Positions 39,301 to 52,600 of a stretch of 64,000 bases of DNA are shown here, one piece after another. The notes under the pieces are model-generated. The model worked only from the letters and a program-made list of their open reading frames with translations. It did no database searches and had not been told where the DNA came from. The stretch is from Psammoneis japonica (taxonomy: Eukaryota), in NCBI GenBank assembly GCA_008632985.1, contig QPGO01000092.1:186001-250000 (forward strand), in the 5' to 3' direction. Position numbers and translations under genes: made by a program. Within the stretch, counting starts at the first letter, position 1. Every line of letters begins with the position of its first letter.

Positions 39301-42300
39301 CATGAGTTTCTTCCGTCCCTTCGACATCGCCCGTCTTGGGTAGCAAACGTCATTCGCTCGATCTCATACAAGTTATCAGAAATTGCATCGATGTAGTTGT
39401 CGGGCTCCTCGCAGCAAGCAGAAGTAGCAATAGGTAACAAGGGATTACCACAAATGGCAGGCTCGTCGTCTCTTCTCAGGTTGAGCTTCATTGCATCGGA
39501 GTAAAACGCATGTTCCACACAAGGCGGCTCGATGTACTCGTAGAAAATACCAGAGGCTAGTTGAACGACGCGCAACGTATCCACTACGCATTCAAGTTCG
39601 TCGCACGGGATGTTCTTTTCAAGAACTACTTCTTGCTTATATTGGCATCGTCCACCCAAACTGTTACACAACTGACTGTACAGAGTCGATGTCCTCTTCC
39701 TCAGGACGAATCTCTGACTGTGTCGTTCATCATCGGCCATGAGTTCTGGAAGCGGCGAGCTACCAAGAAGTCTGTACTTGGCACCCTTCCTGAGGAACTG
39801 TCTCTTGGGTAAGTCAACACAGAGTGGATATCCATCACCGATGAAGCCACCGTAGAGGTTAGATTTTGGGAAGCGGTCGTGCCATTCTGGATTTATCTTC
39901 ATTGGGTCAATTCGATTTTCTCCGTCGCTCGATTCAATATTGCCCCGATGCTCTTGCCTATGAAAACCTGTCCAGACTCGAGATATAGATTGAATGTCGT
40001 CATTATTGTATACCTTCTGAATGTCGCCGCCGCTATCGCGCTTCGGCGTTCCGTCATCATTTAGTAGTATCAACCCAGTCGTGAAGAGCTGCATAATCTC
40101 TCGAGCAAAGTTTTCATCCGCAAACTCCACACGCTCTGTTGTCTCTAAAACATACGCCGAAGACTTTGATTCGAGGTAAGACAGATTTTCTGCCATTAAC
40201 GGTGAGTAACTGATTTCCCGGAGAATGTCTCTGTAATTTTCTAGCCCGTGTCGAACAAAAATATCGTAGAACTGGAGGAACGCCTCCGTGTCTGTCTCGT
40301 GCACGCTCACAGCTTCTTTTGCCATGGCTACAATCTGACTTAACGCCCAAGCCATTCGCTGTCTAAGTTGATCTTGGGAAGACAGTGCCACCATTGTCCA
40401 TACGGTTTCTCTTTGCAAACCAAGATGAACAGGGTCGATCGTGTCCCTCTTGATATCAGACGCCACGTCAAATTGTGGGCCTAGCCTTGGATTACTGCCG
40501 ACCTCACCTAGGGATAATTTTCGAGCGGGGACGGTGAGAGATGGACAAAAGATAGAAAGAACGTTGCAAAAACAGCAAGCGCTGGCGACTTTACCTGGCG
40601 AACCACAAACTATGATGCCGCCGGTTGTTGATTTTTTCGGCCCGCAAGTCGTGACCTGATTGGAAAGTATGCATTTGTCGGCGTTTGTAATCGTTCTTGG
40701 GGCATTGAAACAAGCTGTGCTTCCTTTTGTTGCAATCGCAATAGATCCTCCGCCATCTCGAACTGGCGCCCCTGGTGTGTTATGCACGAGAGACAGAGAT
40801 GGATCCCATTGGACCAATCCTATGGTTGGATGGAGCGCATATACTGGGGCATCGAAATCTTCGCTTTGTTTAGGGAGCCTTGCACATAGTCCATCTGATA
40901 CTTCCGTTTGAAGCAAGTACATGTCCTTTCTGAGGGGCGTCATTTTGTGATTATTGGATAGGCGTAAAAGATTTGAAGGAAGTTTGGGAAAGGACAGAGC
41001 CGGGTTGCCTGGTAATACGCTCTGACATGCTCCATTTGGTGATCCTTTAAATGGCTTTGTTTTGAGGAGCAATTGGCCGCCGACTGTCTCGTAGGGCGAA
41101 TTGCAAATGGAATAGCCAAAATCTGGATCCCACAAAGGAAAGCGACTCTTTGTCTTTGGAAACTCCCACTCCAAGTCCTTGACCACGGTTCGGACGTGTC
41201 CTAACCGTGCGTGTGCATCAACAACCAAAAGTGTGAGAGACCGTCCTGAAAATGAGAGGATGCGCTCAACCTACCGAGGATCTCTCACTCACCCTCGACG
41301 ACTATTTTGTATGGCCCTTTCGGAATGGCAGTTCCGTCGGTGCCAATCGCAAACGTCGTATTCTTCACATAAACTTTTCCGGAAACCGGAGACTCTCTGA
41401 CTCGCCAGTCTTTGCCTGACAAAGTAAACTTGCGCCAGCGACTGAACTTGTCGCATGGCGATCCAGATCTGCCAATGCTCTGAGACAATTGCCACTACAG
41501 GAGAATCCAACAACATTGTGAGTTGTAGCGTCGAAAAAGAGACAACAACCAAAACATGGATCGAAATTACCCTGGGGTTTGCTCGCGATCTCCAATACTC
41601 CCGGTGGCTAGTAACAGGCAAAGAGATTTGCTGCTGCTGCTTGATCCAAGCTGCTTCGTTTGCAAAGTCCCACTCGCCAAGATCGCTCGGATGCACCCCA
41701 AAGCTTGACTGTTCAAGAAAACGGGCTTGTCTATCACGGGTTGATAACCCGTTGTGCTCTTGAGATGTGAGAACGTATAATGCTCCGGGTTCGGGGACTG
41801 GAAGCCGTATACTACAGGCACCCGCACTGCACCTTATCGCGTTCTCGGAAAACACTCTCGCAGAAAAGGCCCCTCCAGCGGCTTCCCAGTCATTGCCACC
41901 ATATGAACGGGCGACTGGGATGACGGCCATCGTGTTTTCTCCTGATTGAGAGTAAACCTTCGTGAGAGTGCAAAGACCTTCGCTTACGGAAAATGGCCGG
42001 TTGCTGTCCAAGACTCTCATAGATTGTCCTCTTTCTGGGCAGCTGTTCTTGCTTCCTGTGGGGGCGGTGAAGAATGTTGGTGGTGGGGTAGGAGCCGGCC
42101 GTTCCGCCGGAGGTAATGTTTCTGGAGGTGCGCCGCCTATCGCTGGCTCACTGTTGGGACCTTGAGTTGGAGGTGAAGGTCGTGGCGCTGTTTGTGGCGT
42201 GACAAACATTGTCGGTATTGGAGTTGGCGGTGGTCGTCCGGTTGGTGGCGATGTCCCACCATCACGAGTTGCTTTGATTGACAAGTTATTGACGACGACA

Positions 42301-44866
42301 TCGTAATTGGCATCAACATCTCTGACAGTGATGAAGAGCTTACCGATCGAGGCAGGAATGGTGACGGACGCACTCAAACGATTCCATTTCGTCTTGTCCC
42401 ACAATGAATTGTAGGCGTCAGAATGTATGCGCTCAAACAACACCATTCTTTTCGGACCTAACGCATCGTTGCCAACAATGCGAAGTGAAGGACAGGCCAT
42501 TGTAACTGCAGAAGAGGAAACATCACACCATGCTGTTGCCATGTTGTAAAAGAGAAGTTGTGAGACTGAATCATGATATTTGTTCAAGCCAAGAAAGCGT
42601 CGGAGTACTTACCAGCGGTATTGGTGCCTTTATCGAACAACTTTAGATCAACGCTGAATTCAAAAGTGCTGCCGGGTTCAAAGCATTGCAGATCGATCCA
42701 CCTATTTGCCTGGTATGCTAGACCATCGCTGGCCGCCTTTCGGTTCGATAGTCGTATAGATTTTGCACCATTAGCAACAAAATTCTGGATAATGCCTGAG
42801 CCGGCGGCCTTCCAGAAGCCTTGGTAACCCCGCTGTGAACTTGAGTTTAGAACAAGTTCCTTGCTGCAATCGTTTTGCTTTTCTCGGACAACGACATCGT
42901 CAATGACGATGCCTTGACCGCTCCCAATTCCTAGGAAACTTATGCGGAAGCTGCTCTTTGGATTTGCGTATGTAGCGTCAGCCGTAAACGTCCCATACAT
43001 TTCAAACCAACTAGAATTCTCAGACGGCCCTGCAGACACCGCGATTGTTCGGAACTTGTTTTTGTTGTCAAGGGAAACCCGTAAGATAAGCTTTGGGCTG
43101 CCGAAAGAGTAGAAAAGGCGATCAATTAGCCATAAGTTTCAAAAATGATGAGGCTCCGATTTCGACATCGAGTAACGCGTTTTACGACGATGTAGGTCTG
43201 ACTCACCAGTTTGTACTACAGTCGATCTTGGCTCCGTCAGTTCCAAGCAACCTGTACTTTAGTGATGCCTGGTTTGAAAAAAAGGGGAATAGGGGTAAGA
43301 AGAGAAAGGCCCTTCAGCTGCACATGTGACTCGGCGGGACCAGAATAGTCTCACCTCGTATTGTTTTCCTGCTTGAAAGCAACCTCCTTTTATGTTTTGC
43401 ATTGGGTTACCAGTCCTTGCTTCCAGTGCTGATCCACTGGCGCCTGGAATGAGCCGAAGATCGTCACCTTTTGGATTACTCCAAGGGAAAACAGACCTTC
43501 CATTAAAGCCTCCATTGTGCACAAGATTTGAGCAGTCGTTGTTGCTTGGAGGGGCAGGTGCGGGTTGAGGTTGAGATGTAGTGACCGAAGGATTCGGCTT
43601 TTCAACGACGGCCCCCTTTGTCCGAAGCATGATGTCGTCAATCTCTAGAATCACGCCCGGGCTGGGCCCTTCCAATGAAAGTGTGAGATAACGATTGTCG
43701 CTGGCAAGCTCTCCGCCCCAAGTTTGAAAGGTCCAGAACTTGAATGTCGTGGAAATTGTCCTCCACCTCCCGTACCTCCAATCTTCTTCCTTTGATTCTT
43801 TGTACTTGTCTTGACCAAAGATGATGTTGGACGCTGTCTTGAAGCTCGTCTTCACAACAACGCATCCCTCACCGATCGAGGCACATTCGGTGGGAGTATT
43901 CGGAGAGACCCCTGGTTTCCTGAGACGGATCCGTGCCACAAATAGATACTCTTCCCCTGCTAGAAGACAAGGATATGAGTTTTTGAGATTTATCGCAAGA
44001 CCTTGAGTGCTGCTGGTGCGACCATAAACGGCAACGTAACCCCTCCTGCGAAACCCTATCTTATGCGTAAAGGCAGAGAAAACTTTTTCGTCTCTTTGGT
44101 AACGCTTGTATGGCACGATCGAAGCAGGATTTTCGAATGCGTCGTTGAAAATCACTCCACTTTCGGGACACCCCGGTGGCAATACAGCAAGATTCTGCGC
44201 AACGAGGCAAAGAGAACAATAGTAGGATTAAAACTTCATACTTCGTATAAAGGTTGAATGATTGACAGAGTGTTTGGCTTACTCTAGTGGATTTGGATTC
44301 TGTCAAACGAAGGACACCTTCGTTTGCTTCGAAGTAACCTTGATCGAAAACTCTCACGTCGGGTGTTATAATCTTTGTTTTCGTGCCAGGTGGAAAGACC
44401 TGACGATGACAAAGAATTTTGGTGAGAGAAATATCAGGAGGAACACATACATCTGTGGTTCAATCGAGTCTGCGTATACAAAGTTTCTCACCAATTTCCC
44501 CTTTACATGCAGACCTCCTTTCAAAGTAATATTTTGTTCGCCAGTAAGATCGAATTGAATGCATTTCCCGCATTCAATCACAATCTTATTGGCATAAAAG
44601 TGATCCTTTCCCACATATGTCGACCAAGGCGTTGTGCAAGTTTGATTCTTGAGATTTATTTGATGGGGACATTCATCACGTGCCTCACTCTGCTTGATCT
44701 TGAACCGTCTCCCTTTCCGCGTTGAGGCGGAAAAAATCATCGGAGTCTGCGATTCCTCATTCTTAAAATTGATTTGACGTTGACCATCATTGTTTTGAGT
44801 GTCACTCCTTACAACGATGATATGAAGCAACAAGAGAAGCGACAACGAGAGAGACTTGAGCATCAT
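36330..44866 (-). CDS. Very large secreted protein: G8-like and carbohydrate-binding-like modules, Pro/Thr linker, DUF1800 and DUF1501 domains (multi-exon)
   Basis: Signal MMLKSLSLSLLLLL. DUF1800 motifs DQLRQRMAWALSQI, DENFAREIMQLFT and IREPLLR. DUF1501 motifs LDGGCDSFNMLVP, WDHH, SDFGRT and GTDHGWG. Collinear minus-strand ORFs separated by intron-sized gaps. Confidence 0.8.
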
Positions 44867-45089
44867 TGCGTCGTGTGATGTTGTGAAACCTGCGGAACTC
44901 GATTCGTCGTCGGTAGCAACAATCGCTTCGCTTCTTGGGCTTGCAGCTCCAAGTCTATTGAGTCTTTGCACATGAAAAAAGTCATAAGTACTTTAAAGCA
45001 GGGAGGCGAAGCCGATAGAAGTTCTCAATAGACATGTCTGAGACACACATCTTTTCGCCGTTGTGGTCGGATTTGTGACGGTGATTTGA

Positions 45090-47890
45090 TCAAATCCCGT
45101 TTTTGAAAAATCCCTGCAACCGCGTCCAAAACCAGAACCACGACTGAAACCAATGGAAACGTGACTGACGGCCAGGCCGTTGGGGATGACGGAAAGATAG
45201 AAGCAAGATCATGCCTGGCATGAGATTGGCGGCGTCATCGTTGATTGTGCAGCAGAGCGCAGCAGTGAGTTGGTGCCTGCGGCAGTTTGGAGGCAGCAGG
45301 GCCCAGCAAGTGAGAGCTTGCATTTTGTTGTGTGTCAGGCAAATGGCTGCTGACTCACAACTTTTGTCTCAACTTTAACCACCTCTCCTTTCCCCATCAG
45401 CTTCAGCCACTTCTGGCAGCAGTGCTTGGATCTTTGCCTCAAGCACAGCACTTCTGCAGCAAGGTTGGTGCACATGCCTTGCCGGGGCAGCTGGGTCACT
45501 CATTTTGACAAGGCAGTCGTTTCTCAGGTGTTTGTGCTGCAGCCCAACTTGTTCACATTTGCTGGGTCAGGGGGTCCTGGCAGAGGCCCTTCAAGTTAGT
45601 CAGGTGGCTGAAAATTTGACTTCGTCAACCCTTTGTTGCAAAATGCTTTCCCACTGCACTCATGACTTCTTGCCAAGCAGAGGAGCTGGGAAAGAGACAG
45701 TTGGATGCCATCTCACCCTGTGGCAACAAACAGGGTTTTGCACTCAGTTTTCAGGGGTTCTTCAAGCAAAAACACAAAAACTTGGTCAAAAGGATTCTTG
45801 TGGCTTTCCCACTCTTGCTCTTGACATGGCAGAAAGCTCCTCATTTGTCTGCTGCAGTGTGGGCTTTTACAAGCACTTGGATGGTCTTGACAAAGAAGCA
45901 CTTGGGCCAAATGGGATGACTCAAATTGACTGGCACTGAGCTTGGAGTCACAGCGAACAAAGCCCATTGACCCTGGAGAGTGTTTGGTCAAAGAGATCAG
46001 TGCTTTTGGGTGTCAGGTGCTTGGGTGCAAAGCAACAGGCATGGGTGTTGCAACACCTGCTCACTTGCAGCTGTTGTGCCCAGCCCACACACCACAATGG
46101 GTGTGTGCTTCACCATGTGAGGGAGGAGTGCTGGGAGGGTTGCAAGCAGGTTAGAAGGGTTCACAGCTTTGCCAGAGCCTCTGCAGCTGCTGCCTCAACA
46201 CACATGGTCAGATTGCCACGGGAGCTCTGGCTGTCATCCAGACTGGCATGGGCTGCAACACAAAGAGAACATGATGTCAACAGGGCTGTGACACAAAAGG
46301 TTGCTGCCAAAATGTTTGGACTTGATGCAAACTCACACCAGAGGCAGCACAATTGGAGCTGGAACAATTGCACTCAACACATCATTGCTGGGGTCACAAG
46401 TGCCAGTCAAAGTGCTGCATCATCATCTGCACAGAGTGCAGCATGAGATGGGACCCTGTTTCTTTGGGTTGTTGTGCCACAATGGCACAAAAACTGGAAG
46501 GTGCAGCATTGACAACAAAGTGCTCTGAAGATGCCAGTTGCAAGCAGATTCTCTTGTTGATCCCAAGTGACAAACACTCTCACCCATGGTTGCCACCCTC
46601 TGACATGGGCCTGACTGATGCATTGCTCAAATGCTCAATGGATGGCTGCTCAACAGGTGTTGGAGAGATGTTCCTCAAGTGCCAAAAAGGTTGCTCATGA
46701 ATGTTGCTGCTGGAGTGTTTTGGCCAGATGCAAATGCATCAAGGGTGGCACACTCAGCTTCAAGGCACAGAACAGCACTGCTGCATTGCTGGGGTTGCAA
46801 ACCAGTCACAGAGCAAGACATCCACAAAGAGCACACACTCAGTTTCAAGGGTGCACCACTGCACTGCTGGGGCCCACACATCACATGAAATGAGCTGCCT
46901 TGCTCTTGAGAGGTTGAAGCACCATGGCAGCAGCATGCAAGGGCCAGAAGATGCAGTGTTGACAACAAAGAAAATGAAAAGATGCAAGTTGTGAGCAGAC
47001 TTTCTCATTCTCAACCACAATTAAAAGACACACGCAACAGTCACAAACCTCACTCCGGCTGCTGTCACTTGCTCAAACACTCAAAAACGGACATCATTCC
47101 AGTGGAAATGAGACACGCACTCCATCATCGTCAGGGCAATCGATGATTTTGCTGTGACTGGACTTTGTTGTGGTCTGCTTTTTGAGTGGTGGTTTGCACG
47201 GCAAGAATGAAATCAATTGCAGTGGCAAACACATGCCAGTCTCAGTTTTGAGGGTGCACCGTCACACAGAGGGGGCAGAAGATGCAGTGTTGACAACAAA
47301 GACAATCTAAAGATGCAAATTGTGAGCAGACTCTTTCATTGAGCACAATTAAAAAACATGCACAACAGTCACGAACCTCACTCTGACTGCTGTCACTTGC
47401 TCAAACACTTGAAAAATGGACGTCATTTTGCAGTGGAAATGAGACAGCCACTCCATCATCGTCAGGGTCATCCATGATTTTGCTGTGACTGGAATTTGTT
47501 GTGGTCTGCTTTTTGAATGGCTTGCTTGACAAGAATGAAATCAATTGCAGTGGCAAACACACACCAGTCTCAGTTTTGAGGGTGCATTGTCACACTGCTG
47601 GGGTCCACCCAGGGCATGAAATGAGCTGGCCCCTCTCTTGAGAGGTTGCAGCCAGCACAACAGCACGAAAGAGCCAGAAGATGCAGTGTTGCCAACGAAG
47701 ACAATCGAAAGATGCAAATTGTGAGCAGATTCTCTCATCGATCGCAATTGACAAACGTGCGCAACGGTTACGAACGTCCGACTGCTGTCGCTCGCTCAAA
47801 CACTCAACGGACATCATTGCAGCGGAAATGAGACACTCCGTCAAAGTCAAGGGCCATCCGGCCGTGATTCGGCTCGTGACGAGAATTTAG
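45090..47890. mobile_element. Degenerate TpA- and CpG-depleted repeat/transposon remnant
   Basis: Non-genic interval between two genes with extreme dinucleotide skew and a terminal tandem repeat. No intact ORF. Confidence 0.6.
46836..47890 (+). repeat. Three diverged tandem copies of a ~330-400-bp unit
   Basis: cagaagatgcagtgttg...agatgcaa.ttgtgagcaga...gctcaaacact...ggaaatgagaca at ~46945, 47276 and 47675. Confidence 0.9.
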
Positions 47891-47922
47891 AATTTGTCAT
47901 GGTCTACAGGGGAAAACTATTT

Positions 47923-49062
47923 TCATTTTATTCTTGTAGCAGTGAGGCAAATTGGCGATAGCTGCCGTCCAATGTGTTTGTGTTCCATTACCCTCCACGT
48001 CTGTCCAGTATCGCCGTGATTTTCAATTCGTTCCATTGCCATCATGACCGAGTCTGGTGCATTGGATAAATACGGTCCTTGTTGATTTCTCCAAGTTGTG
48101 TATTTGGATGTCAACAAAGCCAAACCCTCCAATAGGGCATGGACCGCTAAGTCTTCGTCTGGATTTGACTTGGGGTATGTGAGTACCGAAATCATACCAC
48201 CGACGCGAAGCATGAGAGCGGCATCGGCAATGGATGCAATGGTAGTGTCGGTTCGCGTCATGACGCTCTTGTCACAATTTGGAAGATACCCAAGGTTATA
48301 ACACACCAATCCAACCTTGTTGTCTGTTGAATACGAGCGCAAAGACTCGTGTGAGGCCTGTACTACTTGAACATTGTTTTCGTATACCTTGGCATCCAGC
48401 ATTTCAGACAAGGCTCGTCGTGTGTTTTCACAAGCCTCTTGTTGAATATCAATGCAAACAAGTCTTGTTGTTGACGAGTCGTCGTTTCTTGCCGTGTTTG
48501 AATCAAACAGCATCGAGGCAATCACGGTTGAATCGTTTCCATTTCCGCATGTAGCGTCAATGACAATATCATTGTTTGGCCTCAATACGTGGGACCACAA
48601 TTGATGTGCCAAGGCGGTGGGAGTGACGGCAGGGTTTTGCAAGTACTTGTCATTTGTCTGTCGAGCATTGATTTCGTCTCGCGATTCCTCAACAAGAGTC
48701 GACGTTGCCCGGCTCGACGCTGAATCAATCAAATCGGCAACGTCTTTTGAGTCACTTTGTCTTTTTGATCGTGATTCTGTAGATATGGTACGCATAGCTC
48801 GTCCAACAGCCGCGCTGAACAAACCTTCAACAGCCTGTTTCGATGTAGGACTTGAAAAGTACTTGTCTCGATCTGTCGACGTATCATCATCAGAAAATGC
48901 TCTTATTCGCGTTCTTGTTTCCCAACCATGAAACTTTTTCGATATTGGTGATTTCGCTGTCGAGAAGAGACGTCGACCTGGATTTCTACTCGTCACAAAG
49001 GCGTTGGAAAAAGCAATCATGGCCGCTGAAAGCACATGCATGAAAAATGCCCACCGTTTCAT
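47923..49062 (-). CDS. SAM-dependent methyltransferase, YtqB/MnmM-like (putative rRNA methylase family), organelle-targeted
   Basis: VIDATCGNGNDS, IDIQQEA, YNLGYLP and GGMISVLTY motifs. Signal peptide plus SNAFV leader. Confidence 0.85.
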   Translation of the reverse strand: MKRWAFFMHVLSAAMIAFSNAFVTSRNPGRRLFSTAKSPISKKFHGWETRTRIRAFSDDDTSTDRDKYFSSPTSKQAVEGLFSAAVGRAMRTISTESRSKRQSDSKDVADLIDSASSRATSTLVEESRDEINARQTNDKYLQNPAVTPTALAHQLWSHVLRPNNDIVIDATCGNGNDSTVIASMLFDSNTARNDDSSTTRLVCIDIQQEACENTRRALSEMLDAKVYENNVQVVQASHESLRSYSTDNKVGLVCYNLGYLPNCDKSVMTRTDTTIASIADAALMLRVGGMISVLTYPKSNPDEDLAVHALLEGLALLTSKYTTWRNQQGPYLSNAPDSVMMAMERIENHGDTGQTWRVMEHKHIGRQLSPICLTATRIK

Positions 49063-49674
49063 GTAAACGACAGAGCCAAAGATTACGAGAGCAGACTATA
49101 TGGAAGCCTTGTCGATGCGGCTGATCCGACGGTTCAAGGGTATGGTGTACTGTTTCTACTTCTATTCAAACCAAAACGTAAGGCCCTGTTTTTGCTCAAT
49201 GATGCTTCAGCTCATGCATGGCTGGGGTCGTCGGTTCTTGAGGAGTCGTCTGTGTCGATCGCGAGATCGGTGACGATGTATCCATGATGGGCGTTTGTGA
49301 TGCTTTGTGACCTTTGTGTATTTGCCACGTCACTCAACGGCTAATGAAATCAACTTCTTATTTGCTTCTGTAGGTTTTCATAAAGTCATTCACCGCATTT
49401 CTTTAGACGGAGTACCGTGCGTTTAATAAATAAAATAAATAAGCCTTGAATACTACTTGAAGATATATAAAAACATATGTATGTAGATTCAATTTTTTAC
49501 TATAGCAAAAAGTGAGTCTGTACTCGCAGCACGTACGCGTCCACGCACATGCAACGTGAATAAAAACCGCACGTCCAAGAAGCCACCGACAAGCGACCTC
49601 TTATCTTGTTGTGCTTTATCATCTTTGTCTTGTAATCCACTCTTGCTTTTGTTGTTTGTGTTTTGGAAGATACA

Positions 49675-52600
49675 ATGGCTGCTCCAACACTTACTTATAT
49701 CCCCGAGCCTTTTGAAAGGGTGAGTAAGACGTCGACTTCGTGACATGACGCGACCCGTACCTATCACACAGGTCATTTCTCCCGCCTATCGTCATTCTTA
49801 CTACGACGCGCGTAGAATTTTACGCATGGGATCTTGAGAAACACATCAAAAAAGATATACCGATTGCTTCCATGGCGTTCCTGCCCTGATTAACATCAAT
49901 ACTTACCATATTTTCTTCTGTTGTTGCTGTCGTAGCCTTATTATGAAGCCCTCTTTGCTGCAGCCGACACGCAACGAAGCGGCAACATTGGCGGTGCGCA
50001 AGCCGTACCTTTTTTCCAACTCTCCAAGCTGCCCGTCGATTCCTTGAAGAACATTTGGACGCTGGCGGATCAGAACCCAACCAATGGCTACTTGGATAAA
50101 CGAAAGTTTGGAATTGCAATTCGGTTGATTCAGTTACAGCAGAACGGGCAAAAGGCGCAGGGAGCTAATCTCGAGGCTCCTCCCGGAGTTGTGCTTCGTC
50201 CAGCCATGTTTGAGGGCGTCAGCGGTGTATCGGCGCCTTTACCTCCCGCTCCTGGGGCTGCTCCACAACAAGCGCGTCCTACTAGTCCACAACAGCACAT
50301 GCAACCGCAACAACATCAACAGCCCATGAGAGCTGCCACTCCTACTTCGCCCATGCAACAGCCAATGCAAGCTCCCACCCCACCTTCGCCAGTACCGCAA
50401 CCAATGGCTGCACCTGGGGCTCCACCGACTCCGCCACAACAGGGAGGAAGTATGGCTCTCACTACGCAAGATCCATATGCAATGTTGCCTCACGACTTGT
50501 CCCGATATGAAGTTCTCTTTCCACAATATGACACGTCCAATGATGGGTACGTCTATGGCAAGGAGGCGGTGGAGTTGTTTTCCAAATCGGGTTTACCACA
50601 GGATCAGCTCAGGCAGATTTGGAACATGGTGGATCAGCCGGTGGACAATCGTTTGGATGTGTTGGAGTTTTCCATGGCGATGCATCTTATTGTTTGTGTC
50701 TCCATGAAAAAGCTGCCCCTGCCTCAGCAGTTGCCGTATTCTCTCAAGCTTTTGAAACAACAAAAGCAACAACCGGCGGCGGCGGCACAGCCACAACCAG
50801 AAATGGGCATGGCCGCCCCACCGTCTCCTGGACGCCCACCGCTTCATCCTCCAATGCAACAACAGCCACCTCCTGCCATGGGCGGTATGATTCCACCTGC
50901 ATCCTCGGCGGATTCTGTGGGAGGCGGCAGCATGGGCGGCGCTAGTAGTCTGAGTGGTTTGCCGGGACCTCCCCCAATTGTTCAGGGTGGTACCGGATTG
51001 TCCAGCATTACCGACGCCTTTGAGGGACTTACAACGACGCCACAAGCGTCCTATGACGCCTCGCCTGTAATGCCAAGCCTGGATCATCCCGCGTCACCTC
51101 CAACCATTCCAGAGCCAGAACCTGCACGGTCCATTCCAGAACCAACGCCGCCCGTTGTGGAAACCATTCCCGAGCCTACTGCCGTCATGTCTGCACCAGC
51201 TCCTGCTCCAGTCCCACAGGCTCCACCCAAGGATACCAAACAGCTTGCTGCCGCGTACAATATGGGCGATGAACACGAGGAGCTTGGCAAGCTCAAGGTG
51301 ACGCTGCAGAAACTACAGGCGGAAACATTTCACTCAAGGCGCAGTTGGGAACCATGACGGATGAAGAAAAGGAGGTGCAAAAGGAAATTTCCGCCACGGT
51401 GGCTGAGATTGGTACGCTTTCCAACGAGCTGACCTCGGTTCGTGCCAAGGTTCTAGCCGCCAAGTCGTCCTTGTTGGAGGCGACTGCCGAACTCAACAAG
51501 CAACGAGAGAAAAAGGGGTGAGTGACTGTCGTTTATACATTATATTTTTCTGTTATGTATTCATACTCGGAGCATTCTCATCGTTGCCACTCGTTCAATT
51601 AATCAACAACAGGGCTGTTAGCGATCTCATTAGCGAAGCTCAGTCGACAAAGGATGCTCTCGATGCTGCAAACGAAGCGATTGCCGAAATCAACAATTCC
51701 CAACACGCAGCTGCAGTCGCACCTGCGCCTGCTGCAAACTTTGATGACGATTTGTTTGGGTGGGGTAACGATGCTCCGGCTCCGGCTCCCGTGCCTGTAG
51801 CAAATGATACGGGTCCAGAACCAGCTACCGTAGAAACACCGGCTCTAGCTCCCGAGCCTGAATTTCATGAAAAAGCAGCACCCGAAGTGCACACGGATCT
51901 TCCGCCTCCTCCACCTCCTGCTGGTGGACCTCCTCCGGCATCTCCTGGAGGCTTTGGTGGCATGCCTGGGTCTCCCGGAGGCTTTGGCGGAGCTCCTTTG
52001 GTGGTTCGGCTGGAGATTCGCTCGGAGTCGACACAACTTACGATCCAGCCTCTCATTTTGGTGCGTCAAATCCTGAACCGCCCGCTGTCGAAACCGTCAC
52101 GAGTGCTCCGTCACAGGAAGAAATTGCGGAACTCAAGCATGCCTTGTCGGAAGCCGAGTCTACCGCTACCGACGCCGAAGAGCAGCGTCGCAAGTTGGCA
52201 GAAAGGGCAGACTTGCTCCGACGGGAAGCGGAAAAGGCCGATCAAATTGCAAAGCAAAAGGACGAACATGCACACGAGAAAAAGAAGGGCCGTTTTGGTG
52301 GTCGCGGAAAGAAGAAGGAACTTGTAAGTTGACACAATCAGCAACGCTTATTCCGATTTGAATCATTCACTCACGTACTATTGTACTTTCGTTATGCTCG
52401 GCAGAAACAAGCGGAGCAGCTCTTGCAAGAGGCTGCCGATAAGAAGCGTCAATTCATGGAGGCCCAGGCGGCAGCTCAACACGCATCGCAGGTGGCAATG
52501 GAGACCAAGTTCCAGGCAGACAAACTCCGAAAGCAAGCCGAGGCTGCCGAACTGGAATCTGTCAAGAATGCGTCAATGATGGATGCTCAACCTCAGAACA

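Noticed and set aside
45505..47850. Cys/His/Gln-rich short ORFs as metal-binding proteins
   Set aside because: The composition follows from CA/TG enrichment, and ORFs appear on both strands with no coherent protein.
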